A stretch of 64,000 nt of DNA from Selaginella moellendorffii (taxonomy: Eukaryota > Plantae > Lycopodiophyta). The notes under the pieces were generated by a model. It was not told the DNA's origin. It did no database searches and was given only the letters and a program-made list of their open reading frames with translations. The stretch covers positions 620,001 to 684,000 of the forward strand of contig NW_003314315.1 of assembly GCF_000143415.4 (NCBI RefSeq), read 5' to 3'. Position numbers and translations under genes: made by a program. Below, one piece after another: positions 1 through 13,629 of the stretch (its first letter is position 1; each line of letters opens with the position of its first letter).

Positions 1-168
1 GTGGTATGTGACAATCTTCTTTTCATCCACACCACAGTTGGTCTAACGATTCCATTCCATCGCTGGTTTTATAGTTGAGCGCTCGTGTCGAAGAGAAGTT
101 TGAGCACGGATCCAAGATTCTTTTAAGTGACGCTAACAGGAATCGAGCTCCGTGTCAAATTCCACTAC

Positions 169-357
169 CACGTGTGCGATAAATATCTTGTAAGACCTTT
201 CCATTTGGCGTAATGAGAAAAAACTTTGTTGGTAGCGGAGCGGAATAAAGTGAATGAATATTCTCCGCCCAGATGCTTGGCCGAACCCTCCAGCGTTATC
301 TCTCCACGTGTCGCGCTTGGAGGCCCCAAGATCGGGTGCCCTGATCTTCGACGTGGC
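169..357 (+). promoter_or_regulatory. G-box/ABRE cluster upstream of PSY
   Basis: CACGTG at 169-174 and 305-310, and ACGTGGC at 351-357, 230-420 bp upstream of the PSY ATG. Confidence 0.4.
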
Positions 358-586
358 AGGTATAAGACCGTCGATGCTTCTGGTGTGCGAGCTTTTGTGG
401 CACTGGCGATGGATGCGCCAAAATGCTCGTCGATCGAGGAAGGAACGCGCTCGTTTTCTCCGGATTTGAGGTAGCTGTGGCGGATTCTCTCGGCGCATTC
501 GATCGGCATCGGTGATAATTCGAGGGGAAAGATCGGGCATTCTCTTCCGGGGATAGGAATCATAGAAGGCGAGGCTCCGATCGAGA

Positions 587-2169
587 ATGCGCGCCGTGTC
601 GAGCTCGTCGTGCCACTGCTGCTGCTCGGTCGATGCCGGGGAGCTGCGCGAGGCGGCCAAGAGCTGGACAGCGCCGGCGGGGGCCGCGGCGAGGAGAAGA
701 GCCAAGGGATTGCGGCTGCGAGCGTCTGTGGGCGTGGATGGAAGCCCCGTGGGAGCGAACAATGTGCCGGATTACAGGGTCTTCTCCACCATGATCGCTG
801 ATAGCCCCGCGGCGCTGCCATCGCAGCAAAAGGTTTACGATGTGGTGCTCAAGCAAGCTGCCTTGGTCGAGAAGCTGGGGAAGCTCGAGAAGTTCCCAGC
901 GATCCCTGTGACGAACAGAGATCTCTTGGAAGAGGCGTATACCAGGTGTGGAGAGATTTGTGCCGAATATGCCAAGACCTTCTATCTAGGTGAGACGATT
1001 CTAAACGCGCGAATGATTCTTCTCACGAATGGTGTGGTGTTTGTAGGGACTTTGCTGATGACTCCAGAGAGAAGGAAAGCGATCTGGGCGATATATGGTG
1101 AGTTGATCTAGAAGAACTCTTTGTTTTTCTTTGTTTTGTTTCTACTTCCTTTGCGGCATCCGTGATTTGTTTTTTGTTTTCTATTGAGCTAGTGTGGTGC
1201 AGGAGAACTGACGAGCTCGTGGACGGGCCAAACGCAGCACACATAACTCCCACGGCGCTGGATCGCTGGGAGCAAAGACTAGAAGATCTCTTCGTTGGAA
1301 GGCCTTTTGACATGCTCGATGGAGCACTGGCAGACACTGTTTCGAAGTATCCGGTTGACATCCAGGTATTCTAAAGACATTTCTCTTGCGGATATTATAT
1401 GCTGATCATTCCTTCGAATCGTTCATGCAGCCGTTCCGGGACATGATAGAAGGCATGCGACTGGATCTGGTAAAGTCGAGGTACAAAAATTTTGACGAGC
1501 TTTACCTGTATTGCTACTACGTCGCCGGCACTGTGGGACTCATGAGCGTGCCAGTGATGGGCATTGCGCCGGAATCCAACGCTAGCGTGGAGAGCGTCTA
1601 CAATGCCGGCTTGGCCTTGGGCATCGCGAATCAGCTAACCAACATTCTCCGGGACGTCGGGGAAGAGTGAGCCTGAGATCATCCTTTGCTTTTGAGAAAA
1701 CTCAAGCTCGATTTGCTGTCCAGTGCCGGGAGAGGACGAGTCTATCTCCCTCAAGACGAGCTCGCCAAGTTCGGCCTATCGGACGAGGACATCTTCGCGG
1801 GCAAAGTTACTAACAAGTGGAGAGCGTTCATGAAGGACCAGATAACGAGAGCTCGGAAGTTCTTCAAGGAGGCCGAGCTGGGTGTCATGGAGCTAGACAA
1901 AGACAGCCGGTGGCCTGTAAGTCAACAGCACGTTTTCTAGCTTCGCTTTCTAGCGTTTTCGGCCGTTCACGTTTTCTAGCGTGGCCTTGTTCCAGGTGTG
2001 GGCTTCGCTGCTGCTGTACCAGCAGATTCTAGACTCGATCGAGGCCAACGATTACGACAATTTCAAGCGAAGAGCCTACGTTGGCAAGTGGAAGAAGCTC
2101 GTGTCACTTCCCAGCGCGTACGTTCGTGCTATCTCGCCGGATGTCTCTCGCCTCGTTCCAATGAGTTGA
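587..2169 (+). CDS. PSY: phytoene synthase (6 exons: 587-989, 1047-1097, 1193-1365, 1431-1666, 1724-1916, 1997-2169)
   Basis: Transit-peptide-like N-terminus. Motifs [40 protein letters not shown] and IEANDYDNF are joined in frame by GT-AG introns. Confidence 0.97.
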
Positions 2170-2443
2170 GATTGGTGGAGTGGGCGATTCCATCCTCGCG
2201 CCAGAGATCGCCCAAATACCTCCCAAAACAGCCAGGAAGAACAGGATTAGAGATTTTCTCCCCGAGAGAGGAAGAAACTTGTCCGGGCCTCTCTCACTAA
2301 ATCAAAGAGATTCTTTCCACTAGATCGACTCCTGGGAGCGTTTCCTTCTTTGTTTAAGAACAAGCCTTCGATCAAAACATCTTGATCGGGCTACTAAGTG
2401 ATCGCGATCGATCGATCGCGCAGTGGTGCTACACGCTGTTTGA

Positions 2444-2944
2444 TCACACGGACGATGCAAATGCCTGGTCTTCTTCTTCCTCCTCCTCTTGCCCGCGCGG
2501 CGATTGATGGCTCTGCTCGTGCTGCGCCGGCGGCTTTTGATCGCTGGCGTGATGGTGTCGCCCAATGCTGTAGACGAAATGGAGCTGCTTGCTCTCCACC
2601 TTGGTGAGATCCATATGCCGGAGGATGACCAGCACACACCCAGAGATTATCACTGCCACCATCAGAGCTACCAGGATTGCAAGCAAAAGGAGGCCGGGAT
2701 TGATCATCCTCTCTTTCCCACAGGGATGGAGGAGGCACTTGGAAAGATCTGCAAGCTCCTCTTCTTCCTCCTCTTCCAGCGAGGAACTGGAGACAGCGGC
2801 TTGAAGAAGAAGAAGAGCTCGCTCGCTCGCTCGGCCGCCCGCGCCGTCCCTTGTGTGGTGCGAAGAATCAGTGGCTCCAAAGTGGTGGAGGGCACGCACA
2901 TATTCCAGCTCCATACTTGACAATCCAAATCCACCTGCGCGCAC
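2444..2944 (-). CDS. small single-pass membrane protein, unknown function
   Basis: 166-aa ORF with one strong hydrophobic helix (LLLLAILVALMVAVIISGCVLVIL) and acidic tracts; a degenerate copy lies near 23810-23915. Confidence 0.4.
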   Translation of the reverse strand: MRAGGFGLSSMELEYVRALHHFGATDSSHHTRDGAGGRASERALLLLQAAVSSSSLEEEEEEELADLSKCLLHPCGKERMINPGLLLLAILVALMVAVIISGCVLVILRHMDLTKVESKQLHFVYSIGRHHHASDQKPPAQHEQSHQSPRGQEEEEEEDQAFASSV

Positions 2945-2976
2945 TCGCTAGATCCATGACGCTAACGTGTGTGCTC

Positions 2977-3110
2977 ACCATGGAAAGTTCCCTTCGTTTT
3001 TTAACAATGCGTCCTCCCACCATGGATATGCGAAGAAGGGATCGCTCACCATGGAAAATTCCCCTCGTTATTTTAACAATTCGACCCACCATGGATATGC
3101 GATCAAGGAA
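2977..3110. repeat. imperfect tandem duplication, ~70 bp x2
   Basis: The unit caccatggaaa..ttttaacaat..ccaccatggatatgcga occurs twice. Confidence 0.7.
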
Positions 3111-3608
3111 TATGCAAATAGTCCTAGTCTTTACTAATCTCACTTTAATGCAATATTTAAAAAGATAATGAAACTGTAGCATTACGAGAATCGAAATCGC
3201 ACCCACCACTAAACCAAATGGATAAGAGCTTAAAAAATGCAGGTTTGTCTGAACACTAAAGTTGCCACATTTTTATTTCTTATATTGAGTCTTCTGCAGA
3301 AAGTTTAAGCATTGATCAACCCCATCACCAATTTGAACTAAGTCACCATCACCCTCAATTTCCATCACTTAAACCCAAAAGGTGCAACATCCTTTCTTAA
3401 TTGATTTTGGAGTGACCCTCGCAATTAAGAATTTATCATCCTAAAGCACATTATTCTGATAATGGGCCTTGCTTGCATTTTGAAGGGTTTGGTCTTTATT
3501 TCTCAAAGACAGGATGAAAACCCTTGCTGAGAGCTCTATCGCACACGTAGCGTCGACCAAGGCAGAAGTAAGAGCACCATGCTTATGCTGTGGTTTTATT
3601 TAGATTGC

Positions 3609-5810
3609 TTAATCTTTCCGAATGTTAGCAACTGGGAACATGCTCTTCAGTGAAGGGCCCTGAATCTTCTCAAGCTTGTTGTGCTTGTCCAACATGGGGA
3701 CCTTATCGATCTTATGGATAGCGTGAAATAGCCGCAGCAGGTCTTCGCCCAAGACACCAGCAAATGCACCAAGGCCAGTTACCTTGAGGATGACTTGATT
3801 GTCTCTCTCCATGTTTAGCCACGCCAGCCAAGCCTTATAGAGGCGCTCCTCCTCCTGCCTTTGCTCCAATGAGTCTAGATGATGAAGCCTCCGCATACGG
3901 GCTTCAAGTTGCACCTCGTCCGGTTCAGCAGACTCTTCCGTTTCCGAAAACTCCTCTTCCACCTGTTCCTTGTCCTTGGCTGCTATGACACAGCTTTCGT
4001 CTTCATGTTCTTCCTCAGTGCAGCTTCGACGTCGTACGGATCCACAAGAACCGCCTCTGCCCCCATAATATCGCCCACGTTCATGTAGAGGCTCAAGAAA
4101 GGGAGCGCGTCTGAGATTTGGACCCCACCGTACTGCGGCGACACCTTGGCTAAGCCACCATCTCCCGGATTGGTGATACGGAGCTTCACCTGTACGTGCA
4201 CCAAAGTCACCTGTGCGACCATGGCAGAAAGAAGTCGACTCCCCATGTCCCGTCGTAGCAGATGATCGCACAGACATTCTCATTCGTGAACGTCAACTTG
4301 CCACGCGCAACCTCTTCAGCTGGTCGGTGTCCAAGCTCCTTAACTCCTGTACTTGCATCGCCTGCTGTCGTCTATGCTTCCCGCTCCTGTACTTGGCAAA
4401 TTCTGTCAGAGATTTCCCAACCAAGTGCTCGATGAACTTGTCCACAGTACAGGAACTCTCTTCGCTGCTTGCTTTATCAAATGCCCGTAGAAGGATGAGC
4501 CTAGCAGTACCTCGTGCAGGTGAGAGTATAGTTCAACGTTCCTCTTGTCTTCATCCAGCTTCCTCATCACCTGGGCAGCAGCCTGTGCGAACACGGGCTC
4601 CATAGCCGTGCCAACCCAGATTTGCTTGCGATTTGGCTCCACCTTGACGACGGTCATGAGATGCGCCGCGACCAGCTTGCTTGTAAGGCTATAGGTAGGA
4701 TCGAAGTCGATGGCACACCTCGCCCCTAACACAGCTAAAGCGGCAGCCGTTGTCAGATGCCCCTTCTCGACCATGTAAGTATTCCACGCGCTTCCGCCTC
4801 CAAGTAGCTTGTTGCGTGCCATATTTATCACCTTTCGCAGGGCAACCTTCGGTGTGAGCTTTTTGGCTAGAGCGCCGCGGAAGACAGCCCACCACAGAGG
4901 CCGTCCATAGTGCAGAGGATAGTGCTCTGATAGTATACCCGCATCCAGTCCGTGAGCTTATCTGCACAGAAGCAGCCCCAAATCGGAGACGCCAGGCTAA
5001 AAGCTTCTAAAGCCAGCCTGTCTGAAGGTTGTAACGAATCCGGAATTGCGAAATTTGGTAACAGGAAATGAGTATCTGAGAAGACCGCCAGCACACCGTC
5101 ATCCGGCTGAAGCGCTGCTGTTGCACGGCGCAAAGGTAGGGAAATGTTGTTGTCTATCCCGCTACCGAGCAATTCCCTTGCTTCGTCAAAGACGAGCAAC
5201 AGTCGAAGTCCTGCCTTTTGAGGCAGGTGACAGATGGCCTCCTGCATAATCGTCTGCGCCTCTGTTTCCCAAGAGTAAAAGTTCTCCTCCCTGCTTTCCT
5301 CCGGTTCATAGAAGACGTTCAGTTGATCCAGCAGTGTCGGATACATACCCGATATCCTCGCCTTGACATCTTTCCAGAAGTTTACTCCCGTTAGCGTTAC
5401 CCATGTAGAGAGACTGTACGAAGGTCTCCTGGTTTATCCCTTCCTCTGCGGCCTTAGCAACCTGTTCAATGCAAGCTATTATGTAAGCCAGGAAGAAAGC
5501 CAGGCAGAAAGCCATGCAGTGCAGTTGAGCATGAAGATCTATGCTCAGCCCGTCCCTAGCCCTTGCACAGAACCAGTCTGCTATGTAGGATTTCTTTGGA
5601 TAACCTGCCCCAGGTTGCTGGGAACAGTAGACGACCCAAACATTCTTCCGATGCAGCTCGCAAATCATGCGCGATTTTCCCCAACCACTGGAGAAGCGAT
5701 GCGAGCGAAAGTGGACTCTTTAAGCACCACTTCCGGAGCGTCGTATAGAACTCCCACATTTGACTCCGAGACGAATCTCAGGCGGAACGCTTCATCTGCA
5801 AACACATAAG
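3609..5810 (-). pseudogene. frameshifted Crinkler-like P-loop NTPase + restriction-endonuclease-fold gene
   Basis: Pieced across frames: SLLQ/SSGWGKSRMICEL (Walker A), LLLVFDEARELL (Walker B), VLAVFSDT, EPVFAQAA, and AIICYDGTWGVDFFLP...VHVQVK (PD-(D/E)xK-like). Confidence 0.6.
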
Positions 5811-5899
5811 ATCAAACCATGATGGCGCATGGGTGCACAAGCTTACTTGTAACCATAGAGACCATCCGTGTTTAAGATCTGTTTTGGGTTACAAGAATG

Positions 5900-6625
5900 T
5901 GTTTCATTTAGAATTAGAATAGGTCTAATGGCGATGCCAGAGGTTCAGTTTTGGGAAGCTACATATTCACTAGGAATCTCCTTCAGTTAGCACATAAAGC
6001 TCATATAGGATTTAGAGAAAATGACGAAGAAATTTCTGCAATATTGCACATTCCCGTTTGGACTATCAGTCGTTTTCCTGGCTAAATTACATCGAAGATG
6101 AGATAGTACCATCTGTGCGTATCAAAATCTCCACTCTGGAAGCCCACATTCTTTTAAGACTGCTTTTCTTTGCGTTTAAGGCGTCAACGACACTGAGCTA
6201 ATTGTGATATGGAGGACAAGGTTTGTGATTGTCTCTTCTCTTCTTTAGTTATGCTATGGTGATTTGATGTTCATGTTTGCTATGTTTATGGTGATCTCTA
6301 TCGATACAAAGGCGAGTTTCCAATTTCGTTGTCCTTCGCTTCTTGACTTATAGGAGAGATCTCTTGTAGGATTTATGGAGACTGGATCTCAACACAACTG
6401 TGTAGGAGCAGCTTCAACTAAAAGGCCCCAGGTGCTTGTTCTGGACATAGATTGGTGACCATTGCTCTTTCAAAATCTCTAAAAACAATTTTCTCGTTTT
6501 TGGCACAGGGTCATAAGCTCCTCATGTTTGGTGGATTCTATAACGCCAAGGGTTTTTAAGTATTGAATGCCTAACACAAGTACTTCAATGATCTTTGTAT
6601 GCTAGATTTAGACGGCTACAAGGTC
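5900..6625 (+). pseudogene. kelch domain-containing protein 4-like gene fragment
   Basis: Exon remnants NDTELIV, YVYGDLYRY, DLWRLDLNTTV*EQLQLKG, HKLLMFGGFY and KYFNDLCMLDLDGYK with intron-like spacers; stops and deletions present. Confidence 0.7.
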
Positions 6626-7331
6626 GGTGCCACTTGACTACGGTTTGTGGCACCAGGTACGAGGGTGCATGTTTTCGTCAATGCAGTAAGTCTTTGTTCC
6701 ATTGCGATCAACTTTCAGATATTGATCATTAGAGCATACTGAGACTCTAGAACAGATTTACAACAATATCCTGCTAGCAGGGCTATCGTTCAGGAGGAAG
6801 TCCAGAGCAATGCCAAGAGAGCAAGAGTAGCAGCAATGGCAAGCTCAAAATGGGGGGAGGCGCACAGCTCCTGGCTTGCTTGAGGTGGCCAAGACTAGCC
6901 TCACTTTCAAATCCATTGTCCATGGTAGATTAATTTTAACATGGTAAAAAAAGCTTTGATTTTTTCAACACGTGAACTATCCATCAGTCTCATTCAAGTG
7001 TGTTAAAGAGATTTGCCACAGCCACTCCATAGAAAACAAAAATTGATTTCAAGGTTAGGTTGTCAACACACTAGGTTATGCATTTCGTACACTTGTATTG
7101 ACCTAAGTGTTCAATAAACTTTACTTGAATTGATGGGAGAATGCTCATTAAATGTTCTAAGACTTAGCATTAATAGCCTGTAACAATTGTAAAAGTAAAT
7201 TAGCAATATAGGATCATGATTATATAAGAATTTATATTGTGAAGCATCAACAAAACTCTACCTCCTATAACACATGTATATAAAATGGGTGGCAAGTATT
7301 AATGTCCAGAAAGATATCTTTGGACTCAAAC

Positions 7332-10300
7332 TGTAACACACTTGGTTTTTACCTTTTATCTTATGGTGATTTACCATAGGATAACCATGAAACGGAACCT
7401 AAACCCTCTTTATGCCATGTATCACATGCCACATGTCTAAAAGATAGTGGTATGGAACTTGAGTTTCAGGGCTTTAAACCACTGAATGAAGGAATAGTGC
7501 CAAACTCCAAAGCATGGAGCCAAGGGGCAATGGCATTGAGGCACAAAACAACTCCTGAGCATATAGCCCAAGGAGCGAAGGGATAGGAGCATGGAGCAAT
7601 TTGGAACAGTTCTAGAGAATCTAGCATCTTAATGCCAGGACCAGCACGTAAAACAGAGCCAAATGGAATCTAACACTATTTCAGCATACCGGTGGCCTAA
7701 CGTGAGGACATGGGTACTCTACTAGCTAGCATGGTGTGGAGTTTGGGCTTAAACCCAAGCCGGATGCAGAACAAGGACAAGCACACAAGCAGGAGTTAGA
7801 ATATACCTCAGGTTGGTCAGCCGTGCCTAACCTACCCACTATCCCTACTATACATTTAGAATCCCCCCCGGTGAGGAACACATGCTTTGGGTTTTCACCC
7901 TAAGCCTCCTTTAATATTAGAAGTTAATCTCTGGGATAAGCTCAAAACTTACTAAATATGGAATGTCCCTAGATTGTGAATTTGGACATGGGACAAACAC
8001 CATTGTGTTTAGGACAATCTCTACATTCCGTAGATATGCCAAATAAGTGAATCTAGACACTTTCTATAAATAACATTTAGGACCAACACAAATGGCATGA
8101 TAGCGAGGGTGTTTGGCAAACACGGTAAGCTATCATTTAGCGAATATTGAAGGACCAAACTCAACATCACAAGGGTTCCCAATACTAGCAAGTGCAAGTC
8201 AATGAATGAGTTTCTCTAACCAGGTTAAATATACTTGGGTAAATGATGATCAACCCTAAAGTGGTTGATGGAGAAGCTAGTCTACTTACATGTAGTAGCA
8301 TTGTAGTAGTTTTGACTAAATTCTCGATGATAGTCCATTATGCTAAGTTTAAATTGGTACCTTATTTCCTTGAGAGTTTGCCCATAAAGTGTTGGAAAAG
8401 GGTTGTAGCATTCATTTACTATATCTCATTAGTTGATCTGTTAGCACTTGGAGTAGATTGTTGTTGAGGCATTGACATCACTAACACTTATGTTAATGGA
8501 AGTGGCATTGTTGTTCAAGTGGTAAAAATTTTTCCTTAGAACTTGATTTTTTATGTTATTTTTCTTATTAGTGTTTTAGCTTCACATTGAATCTTGAAGG
8601 TGGTTGAAGAAGAGTGTCAGTGCAATATAAATATCTGAAGATACGGTCTTTGTGATCAAGCCTTAGATGTTCATTTTGCATTTTTACAGATGTCGATGTT
8701 AGACGTCAGAAATATGGGCAAAGATGTTTAATGCTTAAGCATACTATGGGTTTTAAGAATTTGTGTTGAGGTGAACCTATATGAAGTTGTAGGTAAGAAG
8801 AAGTTGGTTGAGTTTTAAAAGTTTACATTCTTAGATTAAGAGTTATTCTTTTTCTAGAATGGAAAAATTTCCACAAATTTTCTTAAACTTTTCAAATGGT
8901 TGATCTATTAATCACTTTGCCCGAAAACCATTCCGTTTTTATAAGTCAGTACAAACTAGTGAAAAGGTTAGAGTTGACTTTGGTTAGCCTAAACCTTAGT
9001 AAGTAGTTTGTATGATATAGCCTAAAAGGGATGTTGACTTTTGAGGCAATTGAGTTGGATAGAGTCTAGAGTTGGTATAAAAAAGTGACTATTGCACTTT
9101 TCTGGAAAGGTGACCCTTGTGCCTTTCTTTTGTAGCATTATACTTGGTGGTAAATTGCATTTTGCATTTTGTTAGACTCTATGAGAGTAGTGAGCTCTCA
9201 CTGATCTTGACTTAGTTTTGGTAGCCTTACTCTTTGACTAAGGATAGTGATGTCCAACTTAGTTGTTTAAAACTAAAATATTAGTATCTATACTATAGCT
9301 TTGTTTATGAGAAGGTTGTGTACCAATATGAGTCCATCTCATAGTCTTCACTTTAGTTTCGACTGAGTGTTGATCATGCATAGCTAGCCTCTTTAAAGCA
9401 TACTCAGAGCCATTGGCTAAATGCATTAGTGAGTTTATTGCGGTCGAGTTGGATTCGAGTGGTTATTTAGTTTGTGCTTGTCATGAACCTTTATCTCCTA
9501 CATGAGGTATTACGTTCATGTTGGACAAGTGTATGACTTGATGACGTGAGTTTAGTGTTTGGGTCTTGTGAAGGTAAGTTGAAGAGTGATTGTTAATTGT
9601 TTTGCAACTAATGATTGTTTGTAGACTTCATCAAGGATTATTTGACACTTGCTTCACTTGATGATAATTTAGCAGTGATGGGCTTATTGGATGGTGTTGC
9701 GAAGGATCGTGTCATTAGACTTACATGGTTTTTCCATGTTGGCATATCGATTCTACTTTTATTGATGTCATTTGGTTGCATTTAGTCCGTAGTGTTGGAT
9801 TTTATGGAGTCTTAATGATGTGTTATCTAAAATTGAGTATTGTTGGAGGATTAGTTTCGGATACTGATTAAGGTATCTTCAACTTTAGCTAGCTTGGTTG
9901 CTAGGGAGTTTTGAGTGGTGATTCACTTTTTCTTTCTTTTAGCTTTGTTTTAGTGTTGATGGTATTGAAGTGATGCCTTGTTGTTGACACTATTGATGTT
10001 GAGATTTGAGTGAAATGAGATGTCTCTCCATAAGATTGATATTGAGTTTCATTAGTCTTGATGTAAATAGTATTAATACTTGGGTTGTATCTTTGTGTTA
10101 TTAGCATCCATGCATTTGTTAGTTAGCAACTATATTGACATTCAAATGAACTGAGTAGCAAGTTGAGTTAATTATGTTTTAGACGAGATTGAGTAGTCAA
10201 TGTTGAGTTTTGAGCTTTTCCTTGAAGAGTGATTTAGTCACGGACTATACTAACTCTACAAAAGGAAGAGTTAGTGATTAATATTGAAGTGATTGAATCT

Positions 10301-13141
10301 TTGTTAGATTTGAGTTGGGATATACCAATCATTGATGATTTTTCTTGTGCTTGTTATGAAGTGAGTTATGTTTTCTATAGATGGATTCATGAAAGATCGT
10401 TTAGTGATCATTTATTGAGGATAACTTCGTTATGCTTAGCTTTTGGATTAATGCAAATATGCTCTTTATTAGCTTTGGCATTATAAAGTTTAGTTTATGG
10501 ATGTGTTGAGGAGGATGTTATTGGTTGTACTATGATTTCTTCTTTAACATTGAAGTTAGTTTATGCAATACTCATGATTATTATTAAGCAAGACTTGGCT
10601 ATAGGCTTCTTCAAGCTTTTGGTTCTTTGAGTTTTTATGCCTATTGTTCCATTTATTAGAAGTTGTTGGGGGAAGGCATTTTGGCTCTTAGCTTCAATAT
10701 TGAAGTTGGCTTTTGCATTTAACAATCATTGGTGATGATTGACTATTATCTTGGGATAATTGATAGTTCTCATTAAAAGATTTATTTGGTTATTGTTGAT
10801 ATAGAATGCTTTGCTATTCTTTGGGATGGTGAATTATTTCTTCAATGATGATTGTGCATCTCTTTATTGATGGGGTGATTAATGATCTTTTATAATAGTT
10901 AGTTGTTCACTTTGATGGCTTATGGCTTTTCGCAATACCACATGTTCTTTGTGGTTTACTCTAGATTGGTCTCTTGGGTTTGAGATATCGGTAAGATGTT
11001 GCTGATGTTTGCTTGAGCAACTCTGATTCCTTAGTATTATTGACCAATATCTATTCAGATTGATTAGTGCAATAGTTAGCATGAACGAGTGTTTATTGGT
11101 TTTACCGCATTCATTCTATTATGTTGATTGTTGCTTGAGTTAATTCTGATAGATTAGGATGTTATTTCCTTCGAGTGATGCATTCGCGAGTATTGTGCTT
11201 ATCAGTCAATGATATTTTGTGTTCTTTTAGTTGTCTTTTGTAAGTTGTTTAGCATGCTATCTAAATTTTTTACTAGTTATGTGTTATTATTGAGTTTTGC
11301 TGATGATACACTTACTATTGAATTTTATTAGATAGAGAATCCTATGTTTTCCAACGATAGTGATCTTGGTGGTTCCTATACTTTAATACTTGTTTATCGG
11401 ATGATAACTTACTTGGAATACTTTTGTATTCTAATCTAAGATATAATCACTTATACTTAAGACTCTAAGATATCATTGTCTTTGACTTTGATGTTGTCCA
11501 TTTATTGATTTTTTAGTTTGGGCCAGTATAGGTAGATTGGCTTCGGCACTTCGTGTGCATAATGAAATCTCTAGTCATGAGGGTAACTATTGTTGACTAG
11601 TGATATCACCTGCCTCTCTATCGATGTTTCTTCTTCTGTTTAAAAGGGTGTGACTTTGTAAACAACTCTAACTACCTATTTATAGTAGTCTATCTAAACT
11701 TTATTGACGGGTTTGGTTTCTTTACTTAGGAGGGTTGGGGTCTCTAGCTTTTATCTCTATAGCCCTGCAGACAGGGGTGTATCACACTTTTGTAAGCTGG
11801 GTGACACCTAAAGCAGCAAGGATGGCTAACTCTGTTGGTCATTTCCTTGTCGGCAACGGCTGGAAGGTGTTTGAGTTGGTAGCACATCCACGTTAGATAA
11901 AGAGGTTACTTTCTAACTCATGTAAGTTGGTCCATTTCTCATATAGTGTGAATACTGTGAACTTTTTTTGGAGTTGTTTCTTTGGCGGTATTCTAGATTG
12001 AAGTATGCATTGACGAAGACGTTGATCTTTCCTAAGGGGGGGAGAGTGTTGCGAATGTAACTTCGGGTATCGAAAGTTACGTATCGGCTGTCCTTTCAGA
12101 TATTTTTTCTTTACTGCCACGATGGTAGGAGGTCGGTATTGTTGGAACCTTTATTTGTCTCCACCTAAGCTAGTTGAGAAATTGGTCTTCGCATGTGCAC
12201 TTGACCAGATGAGCATAAGGACAAAATTCCTAAGTGCTATTAGTCAAGCATACTTGACTTGGTTAGAGAAACTCATTCATTGACTTGCATTTGCTAGTGT
12301 TGGGAACCCTCATAATATTAAGCTTAGTCCTTCAATATTTGTTAGATGATAGTTTATCGTGTTTGCCAAACACCCTCGCTATCGTGCCATTTGTGTTAGT
12401 CTCAAATTGGTCTCAAATGCTATTTATGGAAAGTGTTTAGATTCACTCATTTGGCATATCTACAGAATGTAAAGATTTTCCTGAACACAATGGTGTTCGT
12501 CCCATGTCCAAATTCACAATCTAAAGACATTCTATATTTAATAAATTTTGAGCTTGTTCTAGAGGCTAACTCCCGATACTAAAGGAGGCTTGGGGTGAAA
12601 GCCCAAAACATATGTTCCTCAGGGGCTCCAAATATATAGTAGGGATAGTGGGTAGGTCGGGCATAGCCGGCTAACCTGAGGCATAGTCTAGCTCCCACTT
12701 GCATGCTTATCCTTGTTCTGTGTCCGAGTTAGATCTAAGCCCAAGCTCCACACCATGCTAGATGGTGGAGTACCCATGTCCTCGTGTTAGGCCATCAGTA
12801 TGCTGAAATAGCACCAAATTCCATTTGCTTTGTTTTGCGTGCTAGTCTTGGCATTGGGATGCTGGATGCTCTAGAATTGTTCCAAGTTGTTCCGTGCTCT
12901 TATCCCTTTGCTCCTTGGGCTATATGCTCGAGAGTCATTCCGTGCCCCAGTGCCATTGTTCCTTGGCTCCATGCTTTGGAGTTTAGCAACATTCCTTTGT
13001 TCAGTGGCCCAAGGCCCTGAAACTCAAGTTCCACACCATTGTCCTTTGGACACATGGCATAAAAAAGGGTTTAGGTTCTGCTTTATAGTTATCCTATGGT
13101 AAATCACCATAGGATAAAGGGTAAAAACCACATGCGCTACA
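7332..13141 (+). mobile_element. degenerate retroelement-like insertion with ~900 bp inverted terminal repeats
   Basis: 7332-8241 is a diverged reverse complement of 12241-13141. Ends are TGTA...TACA, flanks CAAAC/CAAAT. PPT-like AAGGGGGGGAGAG then TG at ~12034-12048. The interior is C-depleted with faint integrase-like traces at ~11300-11600. Confidence 0.7.
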
Positions 13142-13629
13142 CAAATATACATAGACCACTTTAGCTATCAGAGGGAGATATCATAAATGTGCTCCTATGT
13201 CCCCTCAAGTAGATTAATATATCATCAATAAAGTTAGCAGTCACCTCTAGCATAAAATTTTATCCATCATCTACTAGAAAGTTGTTAAAACATTAATTAA
13301 ATTGAATAACATCACTAAAATCTTGTATAAATCAAATGGTATCTGAAAAACACATCAAGTTATTTTAGGTATTGAATTTATACCAAAGGTTTATAAGTTA
13401 ATCCTAACAAAATTTTAGATGTTTTGAAGTTCTTTATTCCAAAGTGTGTGAATAATATGCAACACTTTGCAATATCTTAGTCATATTATTGATTATTTTT
13501 CTAATTGTACTTCACCATTATAAATGTTGCTAAAGTCGTTAACATTGTCTTTTGTTTAGTTTGAAGACTACAAACACACATTTGTGTATATCAAAATAGC
13601 GTTAATAACTCTTTTAGTTTTAGCATATC

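Noticed and set aside
133-821. Minus-strand 209-aa and 218-aa ORFs
   Set aside because: They overlap the PSY promoter and first exon and carry no domain signal.
8243-12040. Intact gag-pol ORF inside the inverted-repeat element
   Set aside because: The sequence is saturated with stops and only faint motif traces remain, so no CDS is called.
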